A stretch of DNA of 64,000 nucleotides. Origin: Marsupella aquatica (taxonomy: Eukaryota; Plantae; Marchantiophyta). Shown here piece by piece: positions 53,001-63,258 of the stretch (its first letter is position 1; each line of letters opens with the position of its first letter). The notes below the pieces were generated by a model, which did no database searches, was not told the DNA's origin, and was given only the letters and a program-made list of their open reading frames with translations. The translations under genes were made by a program, and so were the position numbers. Location: NCBI GenBank assembly GCA_973895155.1, contig OZ316892.1, positions 572,917 to 636,916 of the forward strand, in the 5' to 3' direction.

Positions 53001-53933
53001 GATCTTGAGGGGACTTAAGCTTGAAGAGAAAAGTACTTGGGGTTCTTGGGTGTTTGTTTTAGGGTCTACTCTAAGGTGACAGCTTGGAGTGGATATCCCC
53101 CTTGCTAATCCTTGGAGTAGAGGAGAGAGAAAGAGTGGGAGTGCAAAAGTAGTCAAGGTGACTACCTCTCTAGAAGTGGAGAGTTGAAACTACTTGTGTA
53201 TGGTGTACTTAGACCTTGCATGCACATTTCAGAAGTTTTGTCAATCCTTTGTGACCCTGGTATGACATGGAGCAAGTATTAGGTAGTTTTTTAGGGGAAA
53301 AGATGCTTAAGCTCCTTGACAAGTGTTTGACACCCCCTTTCCCTGATGTGCTTTCCGTTTTGAAAGGGACAAATGTTTCGGAAGACGAGCTGCAATATCT
53401 TCTTGACAACGGAATCTCCCTAGTGCGCGGAAATGAACATACAACTAGACCCCCATCAGATTTTGATCTTCGAATCAATGTCAATATCTTTCCAGAACAT
53501 GTGAATCTTCTCGAACCCAATGTTCGTCTCCGAAGCCGGAATGGGAGGAATACGGTTCCTTGGTCAAATCTTACCCAGGTGTCACATGAACATAATTGCT
53601 TCTGCAAAAAAAGAGACGATGTCCATTCAGGAAGAGTGGGATGTTGTGATTGGGAATGCATGGGGAAAGCAGTTTAAGGTGCAAACGCACGAAAATATGC
53701 GGACGCCAAATTGTTACTTTGTTCAAATTTGCATTTTCCCCACTTGCTCGTGTGAGGATTTCTACCGGCGGCATTCTCGGAAACATCCATATATGCCTTG
53801 CAAAAATTTGTATTGGATTTTCCTTACCGTTTTCAAACTAGACGTTGAGGAATCTACATTGACCAGCCAACCAATTCTCACTGTTGGAGAGGTTCGGCTC
53901 ATATTAGAGAGGCAAAATGCTCATGGTTTATAG
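47089..53933 (+). pseudogene. MULE-like transposase (GCM/WRKY-like Zn region, DDE core, C-terminal SWIM), frameshifted and LTR-interrupted
   Basis: CTGSIECRNNTC...CQFC...C...GIHNHP; WVSFDVMK...GFMADNAQAGWLAIRNVF...DAFHFYQA; PTCSCEDF...PCKNLYWIF. Intron at 49166-49455. Confidence 0.72.
50388..53332. mobile_element. Solo LTR (2945 bp), third family
   Basis: TG...CA ends and TSD CCCCC (50383-50387, 53333-53337). Removal restores NLPPFPDVLSV in the transposase. No credible ORF. Confidence 0.87.
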
Positions 53934-54549
53934 CATGAATCATGATGATGTAGGTTGTATTATTGGTCCAAACGGTTATATTGATTTTGTCATATGTCAA
54001 CGGTATAGTGTTATTTATGTCGCGTCATGTTTTGTTAGCGCCAGGCGCTGATAATTTTGTCGTTTAGGCTACACCGTTAAATATCATCGTGTTGTGCTTG
54101 ATGTTCTCAATGCCAACTATTTGTTTCCTAAAATACCAATAAGATAGCGCCAGATGCTAGTCAAGACGTTCGCTTTTATTACCATATAATACCATAAAGT
54201 TTTGGGCTGCGTTCATTTCGTATTATTTTTATATATTTTGTTGCCGATTGTGGTGGGACCTACCATTTTTGTGCGCATTCCTTGACATTTTTATGTATGC
54301 TCGCCCTTGTTTGTGTTGGGATATGAGGTTCAATTATTATGTGGTTCAGCGATTCATGACAAGGTATCCTCCCTCACCGCAATGGACTAACTCCAACTTA
54401 AACAATTCTAAACTCCTGATTGTGTGTTCTTTCCCATGGTACAAGATGTTTTTTCCTGGTAACAGCATAAGGCAAACAGGAAAAGTATTTGTTGTTTGCC
54501 TGTTTGCTGTCTCAGTCGCTATACCTAGACATATGAAGAAGACACTGAC

Positions 54550-56871
54550 CAGTGTAAAGGAAAAGGATTTTCCTTTGGTCACAAATAACTTGCGTGTTAA
54601 TCGAGTACCGACACTTTCTATCGTAGTAGCACTCTCCAGAATCCTCTGGCCGTTGGGAAAGTGGAATGAGAGTCCCATCAATGAGGCCCACACACCTTGG
54701 GAAGCCTCGCTTTGAAAACTCCTCTCATATCTTTTGTCTTTTAGTACGATGAGGCCATCTCAACTGGTCCTTCAATGCAGTTTCCATGGCAGTAAAACAA
54801 CGAGTTGTGAAATTACAGAGAGATCCTGCACTAACTCCCCAAGTTGGAATGAGACAATTTAGACAAGCTCCATTGCCTTCATGTCCCAAACGATCCAAGG
54901 TAACAACTAGCTGCCATTCCACTGGAGCCTGTTCATATGGTGAATCATTGACAAAAACTGGATGATCCTCAATTAGGTGTACTAAAGCAAAGAAAGAGGC
55001 TTTGTCCATTCAAGTCACGAAACTCGACTACCTTAACACTTAGCTCCGGCGTCGTTGACTCCGACGCCCAGCTCCCTTATGGTCCAGGCCCGGATAGGCC
55101 ATCCGGGGAGGGCTTAGCATGGGGAGACTTGTGGGCAATGAGACGTGGCACTAGCGAGGCAAGGAGCCAAGCTGGGGACACACACTAAGGACTTGAACTA
55201 GCGGATAGTTGGTCGGGTCAAGGAGAAAGGGGCTGGGCTCAAGGATGACCGTCTGGACCTCTGGATGGACTTTGAATTCTAAGGGCTTGAGTGTGAGCTC
55301 CTCTTGGGCCCAAGGCCAATGGAGTTGACACCATGGGCAACGGACGCTGGGGGCACAAGTTAAAACCTGATCTGGGTTGGGCCGGTCGGGGGCCCCAAGC
55401 GGAAATGTGACCAGAGGGCCTAGGCATGAGCATTGGGTCGGCCCGATCACAACGGGCTAAGGCACTCCGCTTGTAGACGCCTAACGAGAAAGTTATGGAC
55501 GTTGCTAGTTGGTGGCGTGCCCATTATGCGCGATAGGATCCGGTTGGGGGCCAAATGTTTAGGGACCAAAGCTGGTCCGGGGGTGGTAGGTCTCCAGAAG
55601 CATATATGAGGGGAGTGGTGTCTCCCTAGGGGCTAAGGGCGAGCCAAAGTCGTGAGCCGCAGCTAAACCCTAAAGGAAACCGCCAAACGGAAATGACAAT
55701 ATCTTCCCAATGGGAAGTCCATTGGAGGACTTCTTGGGTGCGTTGGAAAGCTCTTGAGGAGGGCTCGCCCTCCTCAGCTCAGCTGGGTCTGGGGGTACCT
55801 TGGGTTCTCGGGGTTTGCGGGTGTTAACTCGTCTGCTTGCCAAATCCCGCCGAACAGCAGCCAAGCCGCGTTCAGTCTCTCAAGGGAGCTTGCGTTGGGG
55901 AGGCAAGGCCAAGTAGGTGCAGAGGTTGAGTTCCAAGAGTGTTTGGCCCCTAGGCCATCAGTGGCCAGGGGCAAACCGGGAGTTGGATGCTAGAGTCGGG
56001 GCCATTCTAGTCCCGGCGTGTTGGGACAAGCTTAGGACAAGCTTTAGGACAAGCTACTAATGCTATTTTGGGCCATGAGCATGTCTTGGGGTCAGGGTGG
56101 ACAGTTAGTGATGGATAGGTACAAGGGGGAACCCGGGCCGCACCCAAGGAAGGAGCTATTCTAGACGAATAGTGGACGTGGGTTCTGGTTCCGGCTTATG
56201 GCATCGGGAGGACCTATCGTTGACCTATTTACCAACGTCTGTTGAGCTTGAGTTAAGATGCTAGACTTGGCGAGTTCTAGATCCTGAAGGGTTACTTACC
56301 GAGGTGCTTGGTTGCTTGTGCAGATAGTGAGGACCGTTGAGTAGCGGTAGTGTTAGAGAGCAAATATGACTTTGTATGGGAGGGGTCGCTGGCGGTGCAA
56401 GGGGGCACTAGGGTGCTTGCTCGAGATATTCCATGGAGGCGTTTGGGCACCAAAGGCACTTAGGCGCGAGTGTTGGGATTGGTGAGGGCGCTGGGTGGCA
56501 AGGTCCACCACTATTCGGGTCATCTGCCTGAATAACAGATGTGGAAGTTTATAAAAAAACTGCAAGACAAACTCCCAAGATTTGATGGTGATAGTCTTCT
56601 CAACAAAATATCTGGTGTTTTCCATCACATTGTACAACTCAAGAAGGTCATCTGAATTGCCCTCAAGGTCATACATGTCTGCTGTAGCCTCGGAGTCAGA
56701 TGATGAATAAAAATCTTTGTTAGACGCACAGTTGACTGAGGGTGTTGTAGCATCACTCCAATCGCCTTCACTCCCGGTATGTAGTTCATCTTCACTAGAA
56801 TTGTGCAATATTGTATTTAACATCAACATCACAGGCCACATTGCCCTTTGGCGATTAGACATTCGAGGCAT
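54550..56871 (-). pseudogene. PIF/Harbinger (HARBI1-like) transposase, truncated and interrupted
   Basis: FRQMTR|MDKASFFALV...QLVVTLDRLG...GFPRCVGLIDGTLIPL..P....YYDRK.RYSINTQVICD. Confidence 0.85.
55013..56512. mobile_element. 1500-bp solo-LTR-like insertion with AGT...ACT termini
   Basis: Flanks are ATTCA (55008-55012) and ATTCG (56513-56517). Removal restores the Harbinger frame. No credible ORF. Confidence 0.7.
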
Positions 56872-57115
56872 ATTTCTCCTTCATGCACAGACAATGGACA
56901 TGAGAAATTCAGACAATAGAGGTAACATTTACAGTGCATACATGTCACTGCATCTAAACATTTATTACACGTGAGAAAACTCAGTTGGGATGTACAAAAT
57001 TCTGGATTACTGAACCCTACACTGCTAGGGTACGTATGCTACATTCACTGACAAATGCAATGCGGGTTGGTACAGAAAAACTGGTGATGCACAACATGGT
57101 AATGTGGGAATTGCA

Positions 57116-57755
57116 CTACACATCCTGGTCATTCAAATCCTGCAGGTTTAGTGCTTTAACAAGGTTACAATCAATTGCTTCTCTAACTGGCTTAACAGGA
57201 GTCTTCCCTTGGCTCGTGGAGGGTTCCTGTTGGGTATGAGCAAAGGACTTTGGAGTACCGTGCCCAGGATTGGATCTTTGTAGAGCCACATGGGGACGAG
57301 CATCCATAAAACATAGATGCTCAACCTTTATTTCATATTCAGCAACCGATAGCCAGATCTTCACTCTCGGACATGGTTGAGTGAGAGCCAGGAGGTATTG
57401 AAGCTGTTCAATCTCGTCCTGGCCTGAAAATTCTTGGGGAGTGCACCCCCATGAATATTGAGGCAACTTCCCACATCATGGCATGGACAGCATCACAAAT
57501 GCGGATATGAAATCTATAACTCATGCTAGGTGACAGATTGTGGTCACACTTTGGACCCTGATCAAGGGACTTCTTGCATGTCCCCCCACTCTTCAGCCTT
57601 CCAGGGCACAAGGCATACACAAAGTTTTGTGGATAAGGATTCTCAACTTCAAAATTCACTACCCAGGCTAGGCATGGATCAAAAGATACATTTTGACCAC
57701 TGGCCCTACTCTCCTCCAACTCAGCAAGGGATGTCCAAAGACCCATCTTTTGCAA
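57116..57755 (-). pseudogene. RPA1 C-terminal OB-fold/Zn-finger-like fragment, frameshifted
   Basis: FVYALCP...CKKSL...C...SYRFHIRICD...MMWEVASIFMG(CTPQEF) resembles Rep_fac-A_C by eye. Confidence 0.5.
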
Positions 57756-59244
57756 TCTACATACAGAAAGAACTGATTCTGGAAGTAATAACAGAGTTGG
57801 AATATAGTGTCAATTAATTTTACAAAGAGTTGAAGCTGAACAACAACTGAAAGCACTCACCTCGGTGCTAGTTGTTGGAAGGAAGAAGCTCAAAACTTGT
57901 GTGTAAAACACAATGTGATGAAGATGCAAATTGAATCCTGAAGCCATGTAAACACATTTGATTTCACAACAATAATTTTTCCTGAATTCCGGAAAAATTG
58001 CATACAATTTACGCAATCTGTATCGCAACCAAACAACTCACTCTGTTGCTAAAAAATGTAAGAGGTTCAGCACAAGCTTGTGTAATCCACGATGTGATGT
58101 CGATGCGCATGCTAATCCCATAACACAAGCCATACAACGACAATGTCAAGATGAAGATTTTTCCGGAATCCCGGAAGATCTGCAAACCTCAAGCAAAACC
58201 AAACTACTGACCTGCTGCTCAAAAGTAGAAGAGATTCAGCTCTACACTTGGGTGCTCCACACCTTTAGTCGCTAGGCAAGTTGCGACCATACACAAGCCA
58301 TACGCAAGACAATGTCACGACTTCATAAATAAAAAATTCTGTGAAATTTTCATACACACGCAACTTGAATTGCATTTGCAAAAACTGACTTATTGCTTGA
58401 AAAGAGGGCGCTATCGAGCTCACGATGTGCAGGTTGGAGCTTGCGGATTGCAGGTTGTAGCTCATGAAATGCAGGTGCGCTAGATTCACCACTCCTCTAT
58501 TGCGATCGCCATGGCACAGTTTTCTCCTCTCCGTCTTTGATGAGAAAGAGAGAGCGAGTTCAAAGTTTGGTCCTAGCTACCTCACGACGTTGGCACTACA
58601 GTCCAACAAAGGCACACAGTACTTGCGCCAATGTTAACGGACTGTGGTTAAAGTTATGACTTAAGGCAAATGCCCACGGTGGGGTTTCCTTACGGGAGCC
58701 AAATATCGGCTCCCGTAATTTTGACGGGAGGTCCTGTAACATTTGGCTTATGGGAAGGCCATAATGAGTTACGGCGTGGGTTTGAGACAACTATTGGACC
58801 CGACTTTTTGGGTTTTGCTCATTGAGTTTCTTCAACCAGTCCGAGTAACGAAACCCTCTTGGGTTGAAGATGCTCTAAGTGTTGCGACGTGTCCGAAACC
58901 CTCTTGGATTGAATTTTGCTCCGAAGTTGAGTTTGGTTTGCTCCTGAAAGTTGAGTTTCAACCAGGAACGTAAATTTCCCCAAGCATCAAGCCAAAAAAG
59001 AGAATGGAAGGAGTTGGTTTGCGACCCCTAATAATAATAATTGAGAGCGTTTCGACTCATGAGAGGGAAAGGAGGCCGGTCCGTCAGGAGGCCGGTCGCG
59101 ACATGATACACAGCGATGACAGGGTCTCCGCTGCAAATGCATCCGTCGCCCTCCCGAGGCCTGGTTCCAACCTGCCCTGCAGGCGCATCAGTTGCCTTGT
59201 CAAATCGATATCGGTGAACGGAGGGGAATGAAGCAGGAGTAGCT

Positions 59245-60363
59245 ATGGCTTCCATGTGCTCCGTTGCCAAATTGTCATCGAGTCTCGCCTCCCTCTCCAT
59301 CGCCAAAGCTCCGGCGGCAGCGACCTCGACCTGCTCCACATCCTCGTCGGTGGGGCGCCTCCCCCCGTTCCATGGCCTGCGGTGTGGCTCTGCTGCTCTG
59401 CCCCTGAAAGCAGAAGCAAAGTCCTCCTCGGAGGATTTCTGCATGGTCGCGGCTTCCATTGTCCAGGTGGTGGGGGGCAGCAGCAGCTCGGCCTTGAAGG
59501 GAGCTGTGACAATGGCAATGGAGGCAGGTGTGGGCGTCATGGGGACAAAAATGGGGATGATGACCTACTTCACCCCAGAGGGAAACGCAGTGGCGGTGAC
59601 GGTGGTGGGATTTCACGAGGGGAATGTGGTGACGCAGGTGAAGACGCGGGCCACTGATGGGTACTCTGCAGTGCAGGTGGGGTACAGGAGAGTGAGGGAC
59701 ACCAAGCTCACCAAGCCGGAGCTGGGCCATTTGAAGAAGGTGGATGTCATCCCCATGAGGCACCTCCAGGAGTTCAGGTTGATTTCTTCGGAAGGTTATG
59801 AGCCTGGGCAGAAGCTGAAGTTGGACGAGCTCTTCAAGGAAGGTGACTTGGTTGATGTGGCAGGCAATTCGATTGGAAAGGGATTTGCTGGTGCGTGAAG
59901 TTTCACTTTTTCTCTCTCACACATTCTCTCTTCCAGCTGCTGATGCCGAAGCTTACCGGGCGATACTAGAGTGTTACAGGATACAATTGCCATTGGTCCG
60001 TAAAATTTCAATTTCTGATATACTTTTGCTGTTCCCTGGCCTGGGGTCTCTCTCTGCCTTGGCTTGGATGCAGGGGGTATCAAGAGATGGCATTTTGCAA
60101 GAGGACAAAGGACCCATGGATCGAAGAGTTACAGGCAGTTAGGATCTATTGGTGCGGGTACCACCCCTGGACGTGTGTATCCTGGGAAGAAAATGCCTGG
60201 TCGCCTTGGCGGAGGCAGAGCCAAGATAAGGAAACTGGAGATTATTAAAGTAGATGATGAAATGCATGCAGTTCTCATCAGAGGAGCATTGCCTGGGAAA
60301 GCTGGAAACTTGTTACGCATTACCCCAGCTAAGATTGTAGGGAAGAACATTCCCAAAAGTTAG
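59245..60363 (+). CDS. RPL3: Plastid 50S ribosomal protein L3 (uL3c), nuclear-encoded; exons 59245-59890 and 60074-60363
   Basis: Ser/Ala-rich transit peptide, then [31 protein letters not shown]|[23 protein letters not shown]. The phase-1 GT-AG intron preserves the frame. Confidence 0.96.
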
Positions 60364-60466
60364 TTTCCTAGTTAGAATCATTCATTCGAAAATTTGTTTT
60401 CAATTTAATGTAACTTTTGTCTGCTGTTTTGGAATTAACACAGTTTAGAGGATGATATGCATGCAG

Positions 60467-60743
60467 TTCTCACGAGTTTAGGCTGAGTTTGGCTTCTTGC
60501 CAAATCCACAGTGGTATCTAGCAATGCCCTCTTTGAATTCAACTCTGGTGCCATTCTCCTACCTCCTCTCGATCTGCTCACTAAGGTATCTGAGATGATA
60601 GAAAGCCACACGTTTGATCTACCCACACATTTGGACGTGCAATACAGCCGAAACATTCTCACGAGTTTAGGCCGAGTTTGGCTTCTTGCCATATCCACAG
60701 TGGTATCTAGCATGGCCCTCTTGAATTAAACGCTGGTGCCATT
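60467..60743. repeat. Direct repeat of about 88 bp, two copies (60467-60555, 60656-60743)
   Basis: TTCTCACGAGTTTAGGC.GAGTTTGGCTTCTTGCCA.ATCCACAGTGGTATCTAGCA occurs twice. Confidence 0.85.
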
Positions 60744-62090
60744 TTCCTTGCATGTACATGTCCTTCTCCTCCCCAGATTCCTGACCTCGCTGATGACTTC
60801 TTTGCGTCTGCAGCCTAATCCAATCCGTTCTCTACAGCATTGACCTTAGCATCCACCTTTCTTTTCGCGCACATACCTTTCTTTTCGCGCACATATGACC
60901 AAAATCGTTCGATGTCAGCTCCTGCTGAAAATCATGATCAGGGCAAATATATGAATGACCTACGGAAATTTTGATTCGGAGCTGCGAAGCTGTGACATCT
61001 AGTACGGTTCGACATGACAGCAAAGTATGTACTCTGGACTGGGATGTCTGTCGACTGGCTGGCTTCGTCCCGCTTAGCTATGTGTATGAGTTCTACCTTG
61101 AGTTAGCTTCAATCGTGCGTTTCCCAGTATGCTACAGCTGCGAAAGTCTTGAACTCGCTACAGCAGTGGCTCTATGAGAACTACCGTCTAAAAGTGGCGA
61201 CTGTTTGGAGACGTCCATGATAGATCCGTTAAAAGGGAATGCGAGGTGAATCAATGCAGACCAGGATCTAATCTAGCTGAACTTTCAAGGCAACGGACAA
61301 GTCCATGCAGCTGCAACTTCCGAAGAGTCTCGTTAGTGGACATATCCTAATGTGAGCCTTACATGCTATGTTGGAAGCAATGACATGGACACTGAGGATC
61401 TTGTGACGGATAGTTTCGTGTTTACAATGGGACCTTCACTGCGCTTCAATGGCTACGCGGAAAGGTCGCACTTTTACATCTTTTGCTATACATGTGCGTG
61501 AGCTCTATCTCCAATGAAAGGATATCTTAAATGATACCGTTGAATTTTTTCAATGCGAAGACCATGTTGTCTATGTCGAAGTGTCCTGGAAGCTGCAAAT
61601 TATTGGAGGATCAAACCAGGCCTTGTCGAAATTTCCAGTCCGCCAGCTGCACGACACAGTCAGAATCCCTCACCAATTTTCAGCAGTCTAGCATTGGAAG
61701 AGAAAACTTGGGATTTTCACCTCATTTAGTCCATTCCTGGGAATATTGCCTCCGTAAGCAATCAGAGTCGATGGGCTGATCATAGGAAAATTGCAGAACT
61801 AGAAATTGTACGTACCGTTTACTTGTCTAAGCAACAAAAGATAGTTGAGATTTTCGAAGGCATTGGAAAGGAATCAGAATTGGCAATAATGTAGTTCTAA
61901 AATTTATTCTGTGTCTACAGGTGGTGCAGCCAGGCTTTCATACTGTCGTAGCACCACGCCACGAAACAGTGAGCATTCTTCCAGCGGAAACTGCGTAATC
62001 ATCGACTCAAGTGCATCGGGACAACAGAAGGCTACTTTGAAATAGTTTCACACTCACGGACTGTAAGCAACCTCGATCGATCAGGCTACC

Positions 62091-62516
62091 ATGTCGACTG
62101 CCGCTGCTGTCTCCGGATCATCTGATCGTGAGTATATCTATGAGAGCAGTTTACCAGCTTTCAAGTTCCCGGAGAATTTGACTCTTCCCCAGTTGGTTCT
62201 GGAAGCTGTGGACTCATACCTTGACAAAGTCGCCATCGTGGACAGTTCAGATGAACGAAAGTATACTTACGGGCAGGTTCAAACTTTGGTGAAGAATGTC
62301 ATCGCAGGACTGATTGAGCTGCGCACCAGGAAAGGAGACGTGGTTTGCATTGTCCTCCCAAACACGGCGTAGTAGTTCCTTCTGGTCTTTGGCATTATGA
62401 GCGCTGGAGGTGTCTTTTCAGGAGTTAACCCCTACGCTCATCCGAAGGAAATCGCCAAGCAAGTGAGCGATTCGAAAGCGAAGATCATCATTACTGATCC
62501 TGCAACTTGTGTCAAG
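62091..62516 (+). pseudogene. First exon of a 4CL-like acyl-CoA synthetase (ACOS5-like) with two in-frame stops
   Basis: LTLPQLVLE...KGDVVCIVLPNTA**FLLVFGIMSAGGVFSGVNP...EIAKQV..SKAKIIITD, then a GT donor after 62516. TAGTAG at 62370-62375. Confidence 0.8.
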
Positions 62517-63081
62517 GTACGAAGGAGGAGCGCTTCAAGTCTCCCGCTAGATAGAACATGCATACTGACACTTTATATCGAGTGATTGATTCGGAGTAAT
62601 GACAGCTGAAGAGTCAGTTTGTTCACAAGAACAGATTCCTTTGGTATATCTGTACATAGAGCTTTATCTACAATTTTAAGACGTGAGGTTTAGGATTTAT
62701 GGGAACTTCATTCAATTTCTATCTAGATAGGCAGATCGAAGTAAATCTTTAGACAGTACATTTCGAACTTGTCTACAGGTCAAAGTCGTTTTCGAAATCG
62801 AAGGCACTGATCAATTCTCTGTGCTAAAGATGGAATCAATGTGTAAAGTCGTCCGAAGAGATTTAACAAGATGCTATATGTAAATTCTAAATTGCAAGAG
62901 CGTGTTCAAATTCTTTTTCATATGTGTGCTTCAAAGCAGCCATCGGGGGACGACTTTACACCCTAAAATATATAACATTTTGAGTGGCTCCTCAAGTATG
63001 TCCAAACAACAGCGTTCTCATTCAGCTGTAGGAGTTGGGCTCCCTTGGTTACCATCAATACAACCTCTTACACTTACTTAC

Positions 63082-63258
63082 CATGACACTATAAAGTTCC
63101 AAGAGAGTCTTGATAGTGGCTCACATATCATGACACTATAAGTTCCAAGAGGGTCTTGATAGTGGCTCACATATCTTGACACTATAAGTTCCAAGAGGGT
63201 CTTGATAGTGGCTCACATATCATGACACTATAAAGTTCCAAAAGTGTCTTGATAGTGA
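63082..63258. repeat. Tandem repeat, 46-47-bp unit, nearly four copies
   Basis: CATGACACTATAA(A)GTTCCAAGAG.GTCTTGATAGTGGCTCACATAT repeated head to tail. Confidence 0.92.

Larger units (their letters stand above)
38246..54159. repeat. Dispersed 15-bp palindrome TAGCGCCNGGCGCTA, 13 copies
   Basis: Copies start at 38246, 39394, 40177, 40248, 45365, 46521, 46675, 46826, 46890, 49278, 49395, 54036 and 54145, with 0-2 mismatches. Confidence 0.92.
38230..54160. mobile_element. Large Mutator-like element with two divergent genes; termini not found
   Basis: MULE-type transposase on +, ParB/MTase-like gene on -, and a shared 15-bp palindrome from 38246 to 54159. The left side is cut by the Helitron 3' end. 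No TIR or TSD was identified. Confidence 0.65.
54550..58875 (-). mobile_element. PIF/Harbinger element, one end visible
   Basis: Harbinger transposase remnant. The terminus reads GAGCATCTTCAACCC inward from 58875, flanked by TAA, typical of PIF/Tourist TIRs. There is an 11-bp subterminal stem at 58690-58718. The partner TIR was not seen. Confidence 0.65.

Noticed and set aside
54160-54550. Right terminus of the MULE-like element
   Set aside because: No TIR or TSD could be identified without the partner end, so the boundary is left open.
63082-63258. Possible CRISPR-like array
   Set aside because: Units are contiguous with no unique spacers, there are no cas genes, and the context is eukaryotic. 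It is a simple tandem repeat.
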